DNA of 64,000 nucleotides from the human T2T-CHM13v2.0 reference genome, Homo sapiens, in assembly GCF_009914755.1 (NCBI RefSeq), contig NC_060938.1, one strand, 5' to 3'. Positions 27,727 to 42,729 of this stretch are shown in pieces. A program made the translations under genes and the position numbers. Every line of letters starts with the position of its first letter. The stretch's first letter is position 1. Below the pieces are notes generated by a model. That model was not told the DNA's origin. It searched no databases and was given only the letters and a program-made list of their open reading frames with translations.

Positions 27727-28030
27727 TGTTAGTCAGTATGGGCTAGCTTAATGCTACAGTAAAAAAAACAGTCCCCAAATTACAGCAAAGATTTATTTCA
27801 ATAAGGATTGGCAGGGGTTCTGCTTCACATTGTCTTCCAAGACTCAGGCTGGTGAAGTTGTTAAAAGTCACCAGGACACAGGAAAAGAGAAAGCAGCACA
27901 TCATGACTGGCTCTTGAAAATTCCACCTGAAAGTGACATGTGGCTTTTGCTCACATTCATTGACTAAAGCAAGCCACGTGAGCATCCCTAACTCCGTGTG
28001 GCTGAGGAAGTGCAGTCCTCTCATGTATAA
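27727..28030 (-). mobile_element. MLT1 (J/K/L-like) LTR fragment
   Basis: tgttagtcagtatgggctag...tgctcacattcattgactaaagcaagccacgtg. Confidence 0.65.
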
Positions 28031-28498
28031 GGAAAAATTTTGCAAGGAAAAAACCAACTTGTCAAATCCCAGTGGATACATACTCATTCTAAAGTCCTAA
28101 ACTGCATCCATTTCTAGCAAGGCTGACAGCATATGCCAGTGGAACAATCTGGCTTTATCAAGATCATTGCAAAATGAACCAACACCTCTTTTGCCTTGTT
28201 AAAGTCATTTTGGATAATTGCTCTTTAGTTCGTCCTGTGTGCACAGAACACCTAAAAATGAAAAGATTCATTTAGGCAATGATGTGGGAAAAGAATATGT
28301 TTAACTTCATGTCTTAACAACCTATGGCAACTCCACTTCTCCTTTAAAAGGAAAAATACCTTACTTACTTTTGAGGAGTAACATTTCTCAAAACTTTTTT
28401 TTTCTCCCTCACACATCAGGATTTGGTGGGGGCTGGAGGGTTCTGACACTTTAATTACAGTGAAAACACTTCAAGTATACTGAAAAAGAAAGGTTCTT

Positions 28499-28842
<344 letters not shown>

Positions 28843-29559
28843 CTACAGAGACCCTGGAGAGAATACTGAAAGTGTTCCAAACAAACCTGGCCCTAGTTTC
28901 AGCCCAGTGAGAACTAGGTGGCTCCCAGACACCTCCTCTTTCTGCCTTCTTTACCGCCTCCTGCCCCTACATAATAACAAGGGGAACAGCAACCACACCA
29001 CCAGCTAGGGAATCATGAACAGATGTGGAGTAATTCAGATATCATTTCACATTATGGTGGCATTTGCCAACATAAAAATTATTACTACTTTTGCTGTAAA
29101 TTTTCCTGTAAATTTTACAAAATATGCAAAAACTGACATTTCAAGAGCTGAGATAATTTAGGTTTATTAAAAAGTTGAGACCTTGAGATTGAGCCAAATA
29201 GAGTATATTTCTTTATTTAGCTTTTAGTTGTGTAGGTCTTGTTCTTTTTTTCAGCTCCTAGTTTATAATTCATAGGGCAGAGCTGGGCGCAACTGGGCTT
29301 TGACCACTTAATCCAGCTTTACCCGTAGATTTTTCCTGTGTCTCAGGCAGCAGATACAACTTCTCTAAATCCCAGATTTCTTATCAGAGCATGCAACAAT
29401 TATGAGCTGCCTCAAAAAGTTGACAGAAAAGCATTTCATGTCTAGAAAGCACTCTAAAATGCTTCTTAGACATAAACTGTTGCCACTGTCTTTATAGAGC
29501 ACTATTCCTAAGGAGGCTTTTCTCACTATTCCATCTTCTCATCCTCTCTTCGCCTCATC

Positions 29560-29599
29560 CCACACACATGCACGCATGTGCACGCACACACACACACAC
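29560..29599. repeat. Imperfect (CA)n / alternating purine-pyrimidine tract
   Basis: cacacacatgcacgcatgtgcacgcacacacacacacac. Confidence 0.9.
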
Positions 29600-32564
29600 T
29601 TTCTCTTCAGTGCCACAGTGGGGTCACACACCACCAAGGCCGTGCTGCCTTGGATCTCCCCCAATAGAACCTTCATCAAAATCACGCCTCTCACGTGAGA
29701 CAGTTCAAAAGCATCTCTTCTAAAGCTGCTGCTCTCATCTGTCACATGCAGATAATCTGTCTTTTCACATGAGAGACACCATTGTCACAGCTGGGATAAA
29801 CCAAGTGTATTTGCTAGCTCTTGAGAACCCATGACCATGGTGTGTGAGCTATGAATGACTTTATTATAATAAACGTGGCTCCTTACTTGTGCCCCTGTCC
29901 TCAGAAGTAGGAAGTCATATGGAATTTCAGTAGAAATTGTCATCAGAAACCAGTCTCTTTCTGGGTTGCCCTGTCTCCTTCTCTTGGACTCTCCATACCA
30001 CATGCTCTTGAAATAAAGCTTGAAGACTAGTTTTGATTTTAAATATCAGCTTCACTGAGGCAAAACCGACCTTAACACTCCCCGCTTACACCGGTTGTCC
30101 TGGGTATAATTAACGTTGCCCCTGTATGTTTAGGCAATTACTGTTGCAACATGTGGTACGGTGCCATACTCCTGCCTCATTCAGGGCACGATGCCGTGAT
30201 TGGCTCCACAGCTCACGTGAAGCTTGTGTCTTCACCCAGCTGGAAGCACCCATGCTGTGGTCTCTAATGTACCCTCTAAGTGTTTTACTGTGCAGTTCTC
30301 CATATAGAAAACAATGATTTCTCACAATGCCTGCATTACCCACCCTTTCTACAAGTTTGGTAGTTCCTCCCTTACTGGGTCAGGGGCTCCAGGACCCCAG
30401 CGCTAAAACAGGTTTCACTTCTCTGGGAAGCTTCATTTTTCCTCATCAATTGCAAACATGATCTTGCTGAACAGAGCTGAATTTTTAAGGCTGAGTTTGT
30501 GGTGTGGTTCTGATGGCTTCACGTTAGTTCAAGTCTCTGAGGACCAGTGCCAATAAATGTGAAAGGAACAACAGTAGATTGGTATACTTTTCCATTTCCA
30601 CCAGGATGAAAAAAACTGCTATAAATTAAGTCTAACCTTAAATGTATAATCTGTCCTTGGGAGGAAAAAAAAAAAAAGGATATAGCATCTTCAAGCTCTC
30701 GGCATCCCTTACGAGAAAAAATTGGTTCTAAGGGTCTCTGATCTTGTGTTTTAGTAAAATAGAACTGCACGGCTGACTGACAGTTCTGATCTAAAGCATT
30801 TACGTTTAAGTTTTGATCTCTCTGCTTTTGATTAAAACTAATGAGCTCATTTAATTCAAAATGGGAATCTCTGATAAGAGAAATAAGGTTGATGTGATTG
30901 GATTAGAGGGGCAAATTAAACTCTTAGAGCAGAAGTTTGTGCTTATATAGTGTATTAAAAAGCTGTTGGCGTATTATGGCGTGTTAGATGATGAGAAAAA
31001 TTTCATAGTAATTCATATTTAATCAGAAGAAATGAAAGTACTAAATATAACATGGCTCTGCTTTTCCCTCGAGTGATAAAAAGCTGTACATTTAAAATGA
31101 CATCAGATTCATGCTCTCTAAAACAAAAAAAAAGAGGAAAACCTTAAGAGAGACACATAAGAAAGGGACACTTGTCAGTGATTCCATCACCCCAGAATAG
31201 AAATGCCACAAAAATAGGAAAACATAGTCATGTTAAGATAAAAATGATAGAAGAAAAGCCCCAGACCACAGATAGCAAGGTTTCTGTTATTACAGTAGCT
31301 CTCATTCTTCTTTCATCTGAGCACCAAGTTTAATATGAAAAAGAGATTACTCACCCTTAGAAATATATGGAATGCATTTCATACTTCAAATTTAAAACTT
31401 GTTTTGCCCATTTTTTTCTCTTGTTAATAACTGTTTTCACATATACTTAATTCTTAAATCTCTTTATTACACATATTTCTTTGCCCTTACTCCAGAGAAA
31501 ATTAGCGTTAGCATACGACTACTCGAAAGAAATCCTGTTTCTTGGACAATTTTTTTTTTACTTTTGAATAAGAAAAACTTAAGAAGAGTATAAATTAGAG
31601 TATTTGTTAGGCTTAAAAACCCCAAAATTAATTTCTTTGCCAGAAAACACTTAAATTTATAAAATACCTTGGAAGCTTGTTTTTAAAGAAAATAGATTTT
31701 TACGTTGCCTTCTGACCTGTTTGCATAAAGGTGTTTTTACATCAGCAAGACGGCAAACTACCATTTTAAGTTTCATAAGCAAAAACATTCTACTTAGTCT
31801 AAAAGTACATAAAAGGAAAGAGTGACTATCTTGTTTAAGAGAGAAAATCATTATTTCCTCATATCAGAAGCAGAGAGGTGGAAAAACAGACTGTTTCCTG
31901 TTTGGAGGGTTGGGGTTGAAAGCTGCTGTAAAGTGACAGGAATGGAAAGTTGGTATCGTGAGTAGTTTCTGTTTCTGTCTATACATCCCATTCTTATCCC
32001 TCCATGTCTTATTTATGCTTCTTACTCCCCATGATGAAGAAAACCAGCTCCGAGGGGTGAGGACATTGGTCAGGACATGACTCTTCCACCTTGATAGTAG
32101 ATCCCAAACTCCCAGTAGGCAAATGGCACAAGAATGGATTATCGGGGAGAACAAAGAGCAAGCCTTCCTTACCCTTTATCAGAAGCATCTCTGCCTGTAC
32201 CTTAGTTGACCTCATAAATCTACGGGTCCTTGTCTTTCATGACAGTTCTCTCCATGTGCACCAGCCCAGCCTCAAGTAAACTGCAGTTACTTATGACGAG
32301 ACCCCACTTAGGCAGCTGCTGGAAGTAAAAAGGCCTGAAAAGCTCTTGTTAGAAACTGGAACGAGGTGACTCTAGATACATTAATTTTTCTTTTTTATTT
32401 TCCGCAAAGTAAACATTTTCTAAATGAGGTAAATTGATTACTACTGCTCTTAGCACCCATCAGTCATTTATTTTTAGTGAACTCAAGGATTGCACCTGAG
32501 CTGTAGCTGTGAGGGGCTGTGTCAAGATCTAAATCGTGTGTGTCTGTATTTTTGTATTCCTCAG

Positions 32565-32683
32565 TGGAGTCAACCAGCCCCAGTCTGCTAACCACTGACA
32601 ACACTCTTGAGCGTTCCTTTTTCATCCGAATGAAATCTACTCTGACCAAACGCGGTGTGCACATCAAATCATCAGGATATAAG
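32565..32683 (+). CDS. NPAS3: Internal coding exon of NPAS3 (neuronal PAS domain protein 3), C-terminal part of the PAS-A region
   Basis: Acceptor tttttgtattcctcag|TG at 32564/32565 and donor AAG|gtaagc at 32683/32684. Translation (V)[39 protein letters not shown] contains the ERSFFxRMKxTLTKRG...SSGYK signature of SIM/TRH/NPAS1/3 bHLH-PAS proteins and matches NPAS3 as I recall it. 119 nt, phase 1 start, phase 0 end. Confidence 0.96.
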
Positions 32684-34274
32684 GTAAGCCGGTTCCGGGA
32701 GGGGAGACATTGCTGTCTCAGGCCAGTCCTAGGTAATTTGCATTGAATTTTCCAGCTGCTTTAGGTCCATATAATGAATACATGTGATCTTGAGGAGCCC
32801 ATAGGATTCCCAGTCATCTTCCTGTCTCAAGGCAGGAGCTTCTTTACACCTCTCCTTCTCACTTCAGACATTGCTGGTGCACTAAAAACCCCAATATAGT
32901 GTCTTTTCTTAACACATTGATTAAAAATATGCCAAGTGCTTCAGCACCTGCTGGAAATTCACTTTAATGGAGAAGGTGAGCCAATTTCATATCAGTCCTC
33001 AAGACGAGTGCTCTAGGACTGCTACTTAGGAGAGTTCCACTTCTCTCGCTTTCCCCTTCAAATTCTCCCTTTCTCTTTACAGAAAGGCTGTCCGTTTTAA
33101 TAACATCTTAGCCACCGAGATTTGTACACATAGACGAGAAAATCAGTTGGGATATTAGAAACCTGAATTTCAAAACTGTATTTATGGAACGTGCAGTCAC
33201 ACCTTAGCATTCATAGAATACTCGATATACGTAAGTTCCTCACAAGCAAAGACCAAGTCCACAGTCAAAATCTACATTATCATCATTTTAAGGTTAAGGA
33301 TATAAAAGCCTTCAAATCTCAGGAAATTCCAATGTTTCAGTTACTATAGCAACGTAAATTAAGACCTATGAAATTCATGAAATGCCTTTGGCAACCGGAA
33401 TCTTATCAATTTTACAACACACTAACCAATCTCAAACAATATTGATTATCTGTGGGAGGGCAAACGGAAATGGCATGTGCCATCAATGTGGCCAGCCGTT
33501 GTGACCTTCCCCAGCTTTAGAATTTAGAACTTCTGATAGTTCAGTTCTTTAAGGCGACTGCTGTGTTATCGCGGATGGTAACAGCCAGTATCATTAGGCC
33601 TTCAAAACCTTACCTAAGCCATCAGGAGACTAGCAGCTGTATAGAAGTCAGAGTCAGGCACTTTCTTTGATATTAATTCTTCAGAAAAACAAGAGAGGTG
33701 GGAAAGCAGATCCTTCCAAGAAAGACCTTTAGCTGAGCTGTCCTGGAGTCTAAAAGGCACAAGTGGAGCCTCCTTAACCTTTAGCAGGTGCGATGCAGAG
33801 GAGAGGCAAGTGGGCAGCTCCACCTGCTCTAGCTCTACCCGATAGAGGCTTCTTACAAAGGAGTGTGTTCAGGGAAAGAAAACAGACCCTATCCTTAGGA
33901 CCATTTTCTATTGCCCTGCCTTGCTGCATTCATTAGCTAACTATGTAGCCTTAGCAAGTTTGGAGTTCTATAAGCAGACCACAGATGTTGAGATTCTTGT
34001 TATTTTAATGCTAGAAAGACACATTCTTTGCATTTCAGATTTTAGGAACCATGGGGCTTCCTTTCTGTTTTCTGTCTCTCGGCATTCTTTCTTCACCTTT
34101 ATTCATTTTTACTGGTTTGGAGGGGCACATCCCAGGAGGGAAGAAGGGTGCCAGGAGTGAGATATAGTTTCAAAAAGCAATATTAAGTATAATTCAATAT
34201 TATTTGATAATTTAATGTTGATTAAAATTTTTTTCATACCACAAACTAGAGATCATAAAGTAATGATAGCTAAA

Positions 34275-34505
34275 ATTAATAACAGCCAGTATTTAAGAAC
34301 ACGGCAATATGCTGGGCATGATATAGTTCACATGTGTTAGCCCTTACAACATTCCTAAAGTGTTTTTGTTTCCATTTTACAGACAAAGAAACTAAGGATA
34401 GAAAACTAATTAGCATTCTCAATGTCACACGTTGAAGGTGCAGAGCCAGGGTTTGAACCTGGGGAGTCCAGCTCCATACCACATGCACTTCACCACTAGG
34501 CTATA
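34275..34505 (-). mobile_element. MIR
   Basis: tccattttacagacaaagaaactaagg...gcagagccagggtttgaacctggg. Confidence 0.8.
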
Positions 34506-35394
34506 CTGCTATGCAGATAGCAAAGAAAGTGTGAGGGGGTGGCTGATGAGGGCAGGAGGCCACTTTAAATAGGAAGATTATAAAAGGTCACGCTGAGGAG
34601 GCGGGATGTCACCTATGAGTGGTAAATGAGAAGGGACCATCATGCAAACAAATGGAAGAAAGATGTTTCTGAAGCAACTTGGGCTTAGGATTAAAGATGC
34701 TTTGCAGTAAGAATGGGCCTTCCAGAAACAAAAGACGTAAAAGTGCAACCTTGAACATCCAGGATTGGAAAAGATTTAGGAGCTATTCCAGATCCCATCG
34801 AATCATGCAATGTTAAAGTGACCATACTCCCCTGACATACCCTGTCAGCAGGTCTTTCTCAAGATACCATGAGAGTCTCCAGCCGATGCCCTACTCTCTT
34901 CCCCAGAACTACTACCAACAAAAGTTGATTCATCCTCTGTTCCCCAGTAAGATGAATCATCCAGCAGATCCAGCTCTTCCTCTCCTCCTCCTCATCTGCA
35001 GTGAACTTCCCTCATTAATTAACTTTGTCTGAAAGTTAGTGGAAGAGCTGAGGAGAGCCCATGGCATGACACAGCTGAATAACATCCCTATTTATCTGTT
35101 CATTCTCAGTGAGTAAATCTAGCAGCTTATAAAACATTCCAATAAAACTGGTAATCACCCCACCACCACACAATAAACACAAATAAAAAGAAACAGTGAT
35201 AATCATTTCTCTGTACTCCCAATATTCCCCCTAATTTATGACCATTGTATGCATCTTTTCCCATAAAGATCCTAAGATGTCAAGCTTTGCTCAGTGCAGG
35301 CCACTATATTTCTGTCCGTTTTTCTTGTGATCTTGGCACATGGACCTTTGTAACTTTCTCCATCACTTTATCTGTTGTTGTCGTCATAGGAACA

Positions 35395-35630
35395 AAAGTA
35401 CCACTTACTGAACATTGACTGCGTGGCAGCCACTGTGCCACATGCTTCACAGTTATTTAATCCACACAACAGGATTATTTGAAATCCTCCTCTATGCCAG
35501 GCATGGTCCAAATGTTATATTCTATTATTATGCCCATTTTGCAGGTGATGAAACTGAGGTCTTAATAGGTGAAATACTTTGCCCATTTTCATACAGCCCT
35601 TAAGTAGCTACTGAAGCACCAGAATCGAAT
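35395..35630 (-). mobile_element. MIR
   Basis: attattatgcccattttgcaggtgatgaaactgagg. Confidence 0.75.
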
Positions 35631-37399
35631 CCTCCAAGGCTGTCCGCTTGGCCCCTCTGCTTCACTGCTTAAAGGATTAAGTCCCAAGAATGGCTCAGCA
35701 TGAGCTGACCTCAACATATGAAAAAGTAATTAACTTAAATTTTTAAAAGAAAAACTTCTTGCCTGATTGAGACCTTCCCTCTGGGGCTCACCGTATCCCA
35801 CTGCACTAGTGTATCGGTGCTTGGTGATCCCAATGCCCCCAAGGAGTTACAGAGATGTACTTCTTTTCCAGGACTCCATGCCTACTCACATTCCCCATCA
35901 CCAAGAATTCTAGCCAAGGAAATACCAACCTGCATCTGCTAATGTGAGTTGCTGTTGCAGTGTCTGCCACACCCCCTTCCTCAGGAAAGTCGCCCTCTCT
36001 CCAGTGAAGTTTCCCAAATATGAGCTGACATTCAGTTGTTTCTGTCCTCATTTGCTTTGAAATCCACAGTAGCATGTTATCCGGACCAGCCACTTTTTAT
36101 GCCTCAGGGGCTTCCCTGTTGTTTAGGCCTCACTGTTAGTCACATAGCATAGCACAGCTCTCATTTAAATTGCACTGCACATAGATTCTGCCTTCTTGAT
36201 TAGGTCTATGTCTGGGGGAACTTGCTAGGTATAGCGCATGGGGTAAAAGAAGATATGTAATCAGGGAAATTAGAGAAGGGAAGACTAATTGGGTCGCCTC
36301 CTTAGCTCCGTCTTTGGAGGATAGTTTCCTTTGGCATGGGACTTTCAGTTTTCTGATCTCTTCTGAAATGCCTACCAGCTCCACTGTCATTTCCGAAGTA
36401 TTTATCCACACACATTATGATGTCCTCATTCTAATGGCACAGTAGACAGCCTAGACTGGCAAACGTAGGCAAACGGAGAAAAGCTGTCATGTTTATATAA
36501 TGCTCGGAGTGTCTTCAAACTCTTCACAGTGGTGAAATCTTCAGATACTGGAGTTCCTGCTATGACATACGCAAACATATTACTAAGGGAGGGAGGATGC
36601 AAGAACTCAAGATTCTTCAAAATAGTCCCCCATCTGGGATGATTTGGGCATGGATTTACCTGTAGCTAGGTACTAAACTAAATGACTTCTGAAATCCTAC
36701 CCAGCCTCCTTTATGATATAAAGAATTCTAAAGAAATAATAATTGGTAGTTTCACTAGTTTATTAGGATCGCTCATATACTCTAGCTTTAAGAATATCTG
36801 CATCTAAACATGAAGTTACAAAATTAACGAGAAGGTGCTAATTAGCTAAGGAAAATTATTTTGCCTTCTCTAAGCCCAAACATAGGTGTCTCTTAAATTA
36901 GAAACTTCTCTTGTTACTAGAACTTCATAGTTGCATATGCTCTGTGGAATAAGGTGCACATGAAATTTTAACAGATTTGTTTTATTTGGAGTATCATAGA
37001 GCCCTTTAAAGATTTGATAAAATCTATAGAGCCTCTCCCAAGGTAAGTTCATTTTGCATCATTTTATCCATTGATTGCAGGTTACAAAACCCTATTTAAC
37101 AGTATGATATCTTCAGCACTTATTAAGAAACCAAGTTAGTGCATCTTCCAGAACATATTCCGTCAGTATCACAATAGTCCTTTCCTTCCTCCTCATTTCT
37201 CCCTCCCATTTATCCATCCAGTGTTGATACATATTGAAGTCCTATACCTTTCTGCCACACTTTCACCTGGAAAACTCTTACTCAACCAGTATGGCCCCAC
37301 TCAAATATCACTTATTTTTTCATTTCCCCTAATGCATATAAGTAAAGTTATCCCTTCTCTTCTGTGCTAAATAGCATTTTGAGATTTTACTTACATTCT

Positions 37400-37815
37400 C
37401 TGTGCCTCATTTTCTTACCTGTAAAATGAAGCTATTAATAGTACCTAAACCAAAGAATTTTCCTACAGATAAAGTGAGATAACACAGGCTCAGCTAGGCA
37501 TCTTTTTTCCATTTTATGATGTACTTTCATATAATATCATCTGAACTTCACAATAATCATTTTAGAAAATTATCTGTTTCCTCAATTTTGAAGATAAGTA
37601 AAATGGAGGCATAGAAATACAAATTGACTTATCTAAAGTCAGATAAATGGTAAATGGCAAGACTGAGAAATATCCAGATCTTCTGATTTCAAAAGCCTTC
37701 TTTCCAATACCCAACATTGGATACTAGGTACTTTGTTATCCTGTTTTCTTCCCTCAGCACCTAGCACAGTATGCTGCACATAGTTGTCACTCAATAAATG
37801 TTGATTTAATTGAAT
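37400..37815. mobile_element. Cluster of two MIR fragments and an L2 3' end
   Basis: ctctgtgcctcattttcttacctgtaaaatg (+); aaatggaggcatagaaa...aaagtcagata (-); cctcagcacctagcacagt...ctcaataaatgttg (L2 tail). Confidence 0.7.
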
Positions 37816-37849
37816 TGCATGCTCTCTTTCCGATATACCAATGAAAACT

Positions 37850-38280
37850 GTTGACAGTACCAAGCCCTATGGCATACCACTAGAGATCCTGCTAGTTGAC
37901 ATCAGTGTCTTTTACATGTGACTGTTGGAATAGCTATGAACCCAAACGATTGTACCGTGATCTGGCTCACATTTCTCCATTTTGCCTACAAGGATATTGC
38001 AAATCTTTATCGGTGCTTTACTAAAACTGAAACATACTGGGTCCATAGTGTTCCTTTTAGCCATCAGTTGAAGATTCCATTCAGAAAATGAGAAATGAGT
38101 CATGTTAGCATCACTTATTTATCATGACTTCATGCTAGCCTGTGGTGATCACAATTTTTTGTTAAAATATCTTTCGATAATTTTTTTTTCTGAATATAAA
38201 CATTTCGGGCCTCTCTCTTTCTGAAAATTAGGATAATACTTGCCAATATCCTGTCTTCTGGAAAAACTCCATGATTTCTC
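37850..38280 (-). mobile_element. L3/CR1 reverse-transcriptase relic
   Basis: ORF 37912-38103 (-) ...NTMDPVCFSFSKAPIKICNILVGKMEKCEPDHGTIVWVHSY resembles CR1 VDxVYLDFSKAFDxVxHxILxxKLxxxGLDxxTVRWIxNW. Confidence 0.72.
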
Positions 38281-41200
38281 AGGGATTGCTAAGAATATGT
38301 GACATATTATAATAAGAATGCTGATTCTTATGGAGTTTTAATTATACCAGGAAAAGTATAGCCTGGAGGTATGCCCAGCACTAATGTAGGGAGCAATGTG
38401 GTAGTGGTCCTTCTCTGGACATTTCTAAGAGCATACACTGAACTCATCAGCTAGGAGTCTCCTCCTGCTCCCAGACAAGTGTGGATGGACTAGATGCCAC
38501 CTGGATGTTTCTTCCTTATCTGAGATTCAGAGTTGTTCCAGGTGTCCAGACATACCAATGCTTCTCCTAAAGCCTTTTGCTTCAGCTTTGTGTTGTCGTG
38601 AAATGATGACTACGGCATTCCAAGTTGTGCAAAATGTAACTGTCTTGTCAAATCAATAGGTGAATTTTCAGAGACCAAAAATTCTGTCAACCCATTCAGA
38701 GTTTCTAAGGCTATGCATTTATTGCCTTTCAATCAACCCAGACACCCAAGATAAATTGAAGGAGAAAAAATTTCCAGGGTGGAACTTACAGGCAGAGGTT
38801 ATCCTGATGAAAAATGCAAATAGAGGAGAGAACCAATAAAATCAAATTTTTTAAATCCTTTTACCTCGTTTTAGTCTCTGCTGACCTCTGCACAATTGTC
38901 CATTACAACGTGGTTTCCAGTGTCATTTTAAATACAGCCGGCATTGTTTCTGATCTTAAAGAATTTATTTCCCATTACCAAGGCATGACAGTAGTTCCAG
39001 CTTGGGATATGTCATTTCTGCTGGGACTAATCAGCTAGCTATTTTACCAACTAGAGGCATAATCACTAGCCATTCTGGGAAGTGTCTTTAAATTCTAAGT
39101 ATGTCAGTGACTGCAGCCCAAGTATGTTGCTAACTTAAAGATCCTTCATTTTCCGCTACAGAGATTTCAGGAAGCAGGTAGGGGAGGTAACAGCATCTCT
39201 TCTCTGACTAATGCTGTATCTTTTCAGATCAGTTTTCTGAGCCTTTGCTAGCTATGAATAACAAAAGTGATGATCACTTTGAAAATGACACACATATGTA
39301 TATGTATGTACATATACATACATAAAAAAGTAACAAACTTTCCTATATATAATGTCTTTTAACCAACTATTGCTCCTAAAAGTTATTGTTAATGCCTCTG
39401 TAAATACCTTCTCAACCTAATAGATTTATTTATATAATTATCACTATTATGAGACTTTGGCCTATTACAATGAGTTGTAAAGCAGACCTAAGAACTAAAA
39501 AACAAACGCAAGCACAGGTCATTTTTCTTCAGGCTTTGCACTCTTTAACATGCTGAGATGCCCTAACAATAGCTGCAGACACCCCACATTTCTGTTTCAC
39601 TAAAGTAATCTCTTGACCTGGTGGTCTGAAATAGCAGTTACTAAACTCTTTACAGAAATCGAAGGTTTCCAGATACAGGCATATCTTGGAGATACTGTGG
39701 GTTTGGTTCCGACCACGACAATAAAACAAACGTGGGAATAAATGAGTCACATGAATTTTTTGGTTTCCCAGTGCAGATAAAAGTTAGGTTTATACTGTAG
39801 TCTATTAAGTGTACAACAGCATTATTTCTAAAAATGAATGTGCATATCTTAATTTAACAATAATTTATTGCTAAGAACTGCTAACAATCATCTGAGCCTT
39901 CAGCAAAGTTTTTGCTGGTAGAGGGTCTTGGCTCCATGTGGATGGCTGCTGACTGATCAGGGTGGTGGTTGCTGAAGGTTGGGGTGGCTGTGGCAGGTTT
40001 TATAAATAAGACAACAATGAAGTTTGTCACGTAGATTGATTCTTCCTTTCATGAAGATTTCTCTGTAACATGCAATGATGTTTGATAATATTTTTCCTAC
40101 AGTAGAACTTTCAAAACTGAAGTCAAGCTTTTCAAACCCTTATCAATTAACTTTATAGAATATTCTAAATCCTTTGTTATTTCAGCAATGGCCATGGCAT
40201 CTTCACCAAGAGTAAGTTCCATCTCAAGAAACCACTTTCTTTGTTCATCCATAAGAAGCAGCTACTCATCCATTTAAGTTTCATCACGAGACTACAGCAA
40301 TTCAGTCACATCCTCAAGCTCTACTTCTGATTCTAATTCTCTTGCCATTTCCTTCATATATGCAGTTCTTCCCTCCACTGAAGTCTTGAGCACCTCAAAG
40401 TCATCCATAAGGGTTAGAATACACTTCAAACTCCTGTTCATGTGACCTCTTCCCATGAATCACAAATGTTCTTAATGGCATTTTGAATGGTGAATGCTTT
40501 CCAGAGGGTTTTCAATTTTCTTTGCCCAGATTCATCAGAGGAAGCACTATCTATGGCAGCTATAGCCTTACAAAACATGGTTTCTAAGTAATAAGACTTG
40601 AAAGTCAAAATTACTCTTTAATCTATGGGTTGCAGTATGGATATTGTGTTAGCAGGCATGTTTACAACACTGACCCCCCTGTATGTTGCCATTAGAGTTC
40701 TTGGATGACTAGGTGCATTGTCAGTGAACAGTAATATTTTGAAAGGAGTATTTTTTTCTGAACAGTAGGTCTCAACAGTGGGCTTAAAATATTCAGTAAA
40801 CCATGATAATATACAGATGTGCTGTCATCCAGGCTTTATTGTTCTATTTCTAAAGCATAGACAGACTAGATTTAGCATAATTCTTAAAAGCATAATTCTT
40901 AAGAGCCCTAGGATTTCCAGAATAAGTGAGCATTGGCTTCAACTTAAAGTCACCAGCTTCATTAGCTCCTTACAAGAAAATCCACCTATCCTTTAAAGCT
41001 AAACATTGATGACTTCTCTCTAGCTATGAAAATCCTAGATGGCATCTTCTTCCAACAGAAGGCTGTTTTGTATCCATTAACAATCTGTTGTTTAATGTAG
41101 TTACCTTCATCAATGATCTTAGCTAGATCTTCTGAAGAATTTGCTGCAGCTTCTACACCAGCACTTGCTTCATCTTGCACTTTTATGTTATGGAGATGGC

Positions 41201-41843
41201 TTCTTTCCTCAAACCTCATGAATCAGCCTCTGCTAGCTTCCACTGTTTCTTCTGCAACTTCTTCATATCTCTCAGCCTTCATAGAATTGAAGAGAGATAA
41301 AAGGTCTTGCTCTGGATTAGGCTTTGGCATTATGGCTGGTTTGGTCTTCTATCCAGAACACTAGAACTTTCTCCCTAACAGCAGTAAGGCTGTTTTACTT
41401 TCTTATCATTTGTTTGTTCACTAGAGTAGCACTTTTATTTTCTTTCAAGAACTTTTCCTTTGCATTCACTGGTTGGCTAACTGGCACCAAGAGGCTTTTG
41501 GCCAATCTCAGCTTTCAATATGCCTTATTCACTAAGCTTCATCATTTCTAGCTTTTGATTTAAAGTTAGAGATGTGCAACTCTTCCTTTCACATGAACAC
41601 TTAAAGGCCATGCTAGGGTTATTAATTAGCCTAATTTCAATATTGTTATGTCACAGGGAATAAGGAGGCCTGAGGAGAGGGAGAGAGACTGGGGAACAGC
41701 TGGTCATTGGAGCAGTCAGAACACACACAACATTTATCAATTAAGTTCACCTCTTATTTGGACCATGATTTGTGGCACCCCAAAACAATTATAACAGTAA
41801 TATCAAAGATCGCTGATCACAGATCACTATAACAGGTATACTA

Positions 41844-42164
<321 letters not shown>

Positions 42165-42308
42165 AATAATGAAGTTTGAAATATTGTAAGAATTACCAAA
42201 ATGTGATGCAGAGATGAAGTGAGCACATGCTATTGGAAAAATGGCAGCAATGAACTTGTTTGAAGCAGGGTTGCCACAAATCTTCAATTTGTATAAAGCA
42301 CAGTATCT

Positions 42309-42599
42309 AGACCGTGTGCAGTGGCTCACACCTGTAATCCCAGCACTTTGGGAGGCTGAGGCAAGAGGATTGCTTGAGCCCAGGCATTCAAGACCAATCT
42401 GGGCAAAACAGCAAGACCCCCTCTCTACAAAAATACAAAAATAAAAATACTTAGCCAGGCATGGTGGCACACTCCTATAGTCCTAGCTACTTAAGAGGCT
42501 GAGGCAGGAGGATCGCTCAAGCCCAGGAGTTCGAGGCTGCAGTGAGCCATGACCGTGCCACTGCACTCCAGCCTAGGTGACAGAGCCAGACCAGAGAAG
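42309..42599 (+). mobile_element. Alu (J-like) nested in Tigger1
   Basis: Full dimer, vestigial tail, TSD aagcacagtatct / aaccacagtatct. Confidence 0.93.
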
Positions 42600-42729
42600 A
42601 ACCACAGTATCTGGGAAGTGCAATAATGTGAAACACGATAAAACAGGAAACAAGGAATGTATGTTACCGTTTGACCTTTATTATCTCAAAATTACTCTAC
42701 TGAAGAGTGATAACCAGAGCAGCTGTGAC

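Noticed and set aside
32519-32746. 75-aa ORF as a stand-alone gene
   Set aside because: Only 32565-32683 is exonic; the rest is open intronic flank beyond the canonical splice sites.
40986-41219. Domesticated TIGD-like transposase gene
   Set aside because: Fragmented by stops and frameshifts, with the catalytic motif lost.
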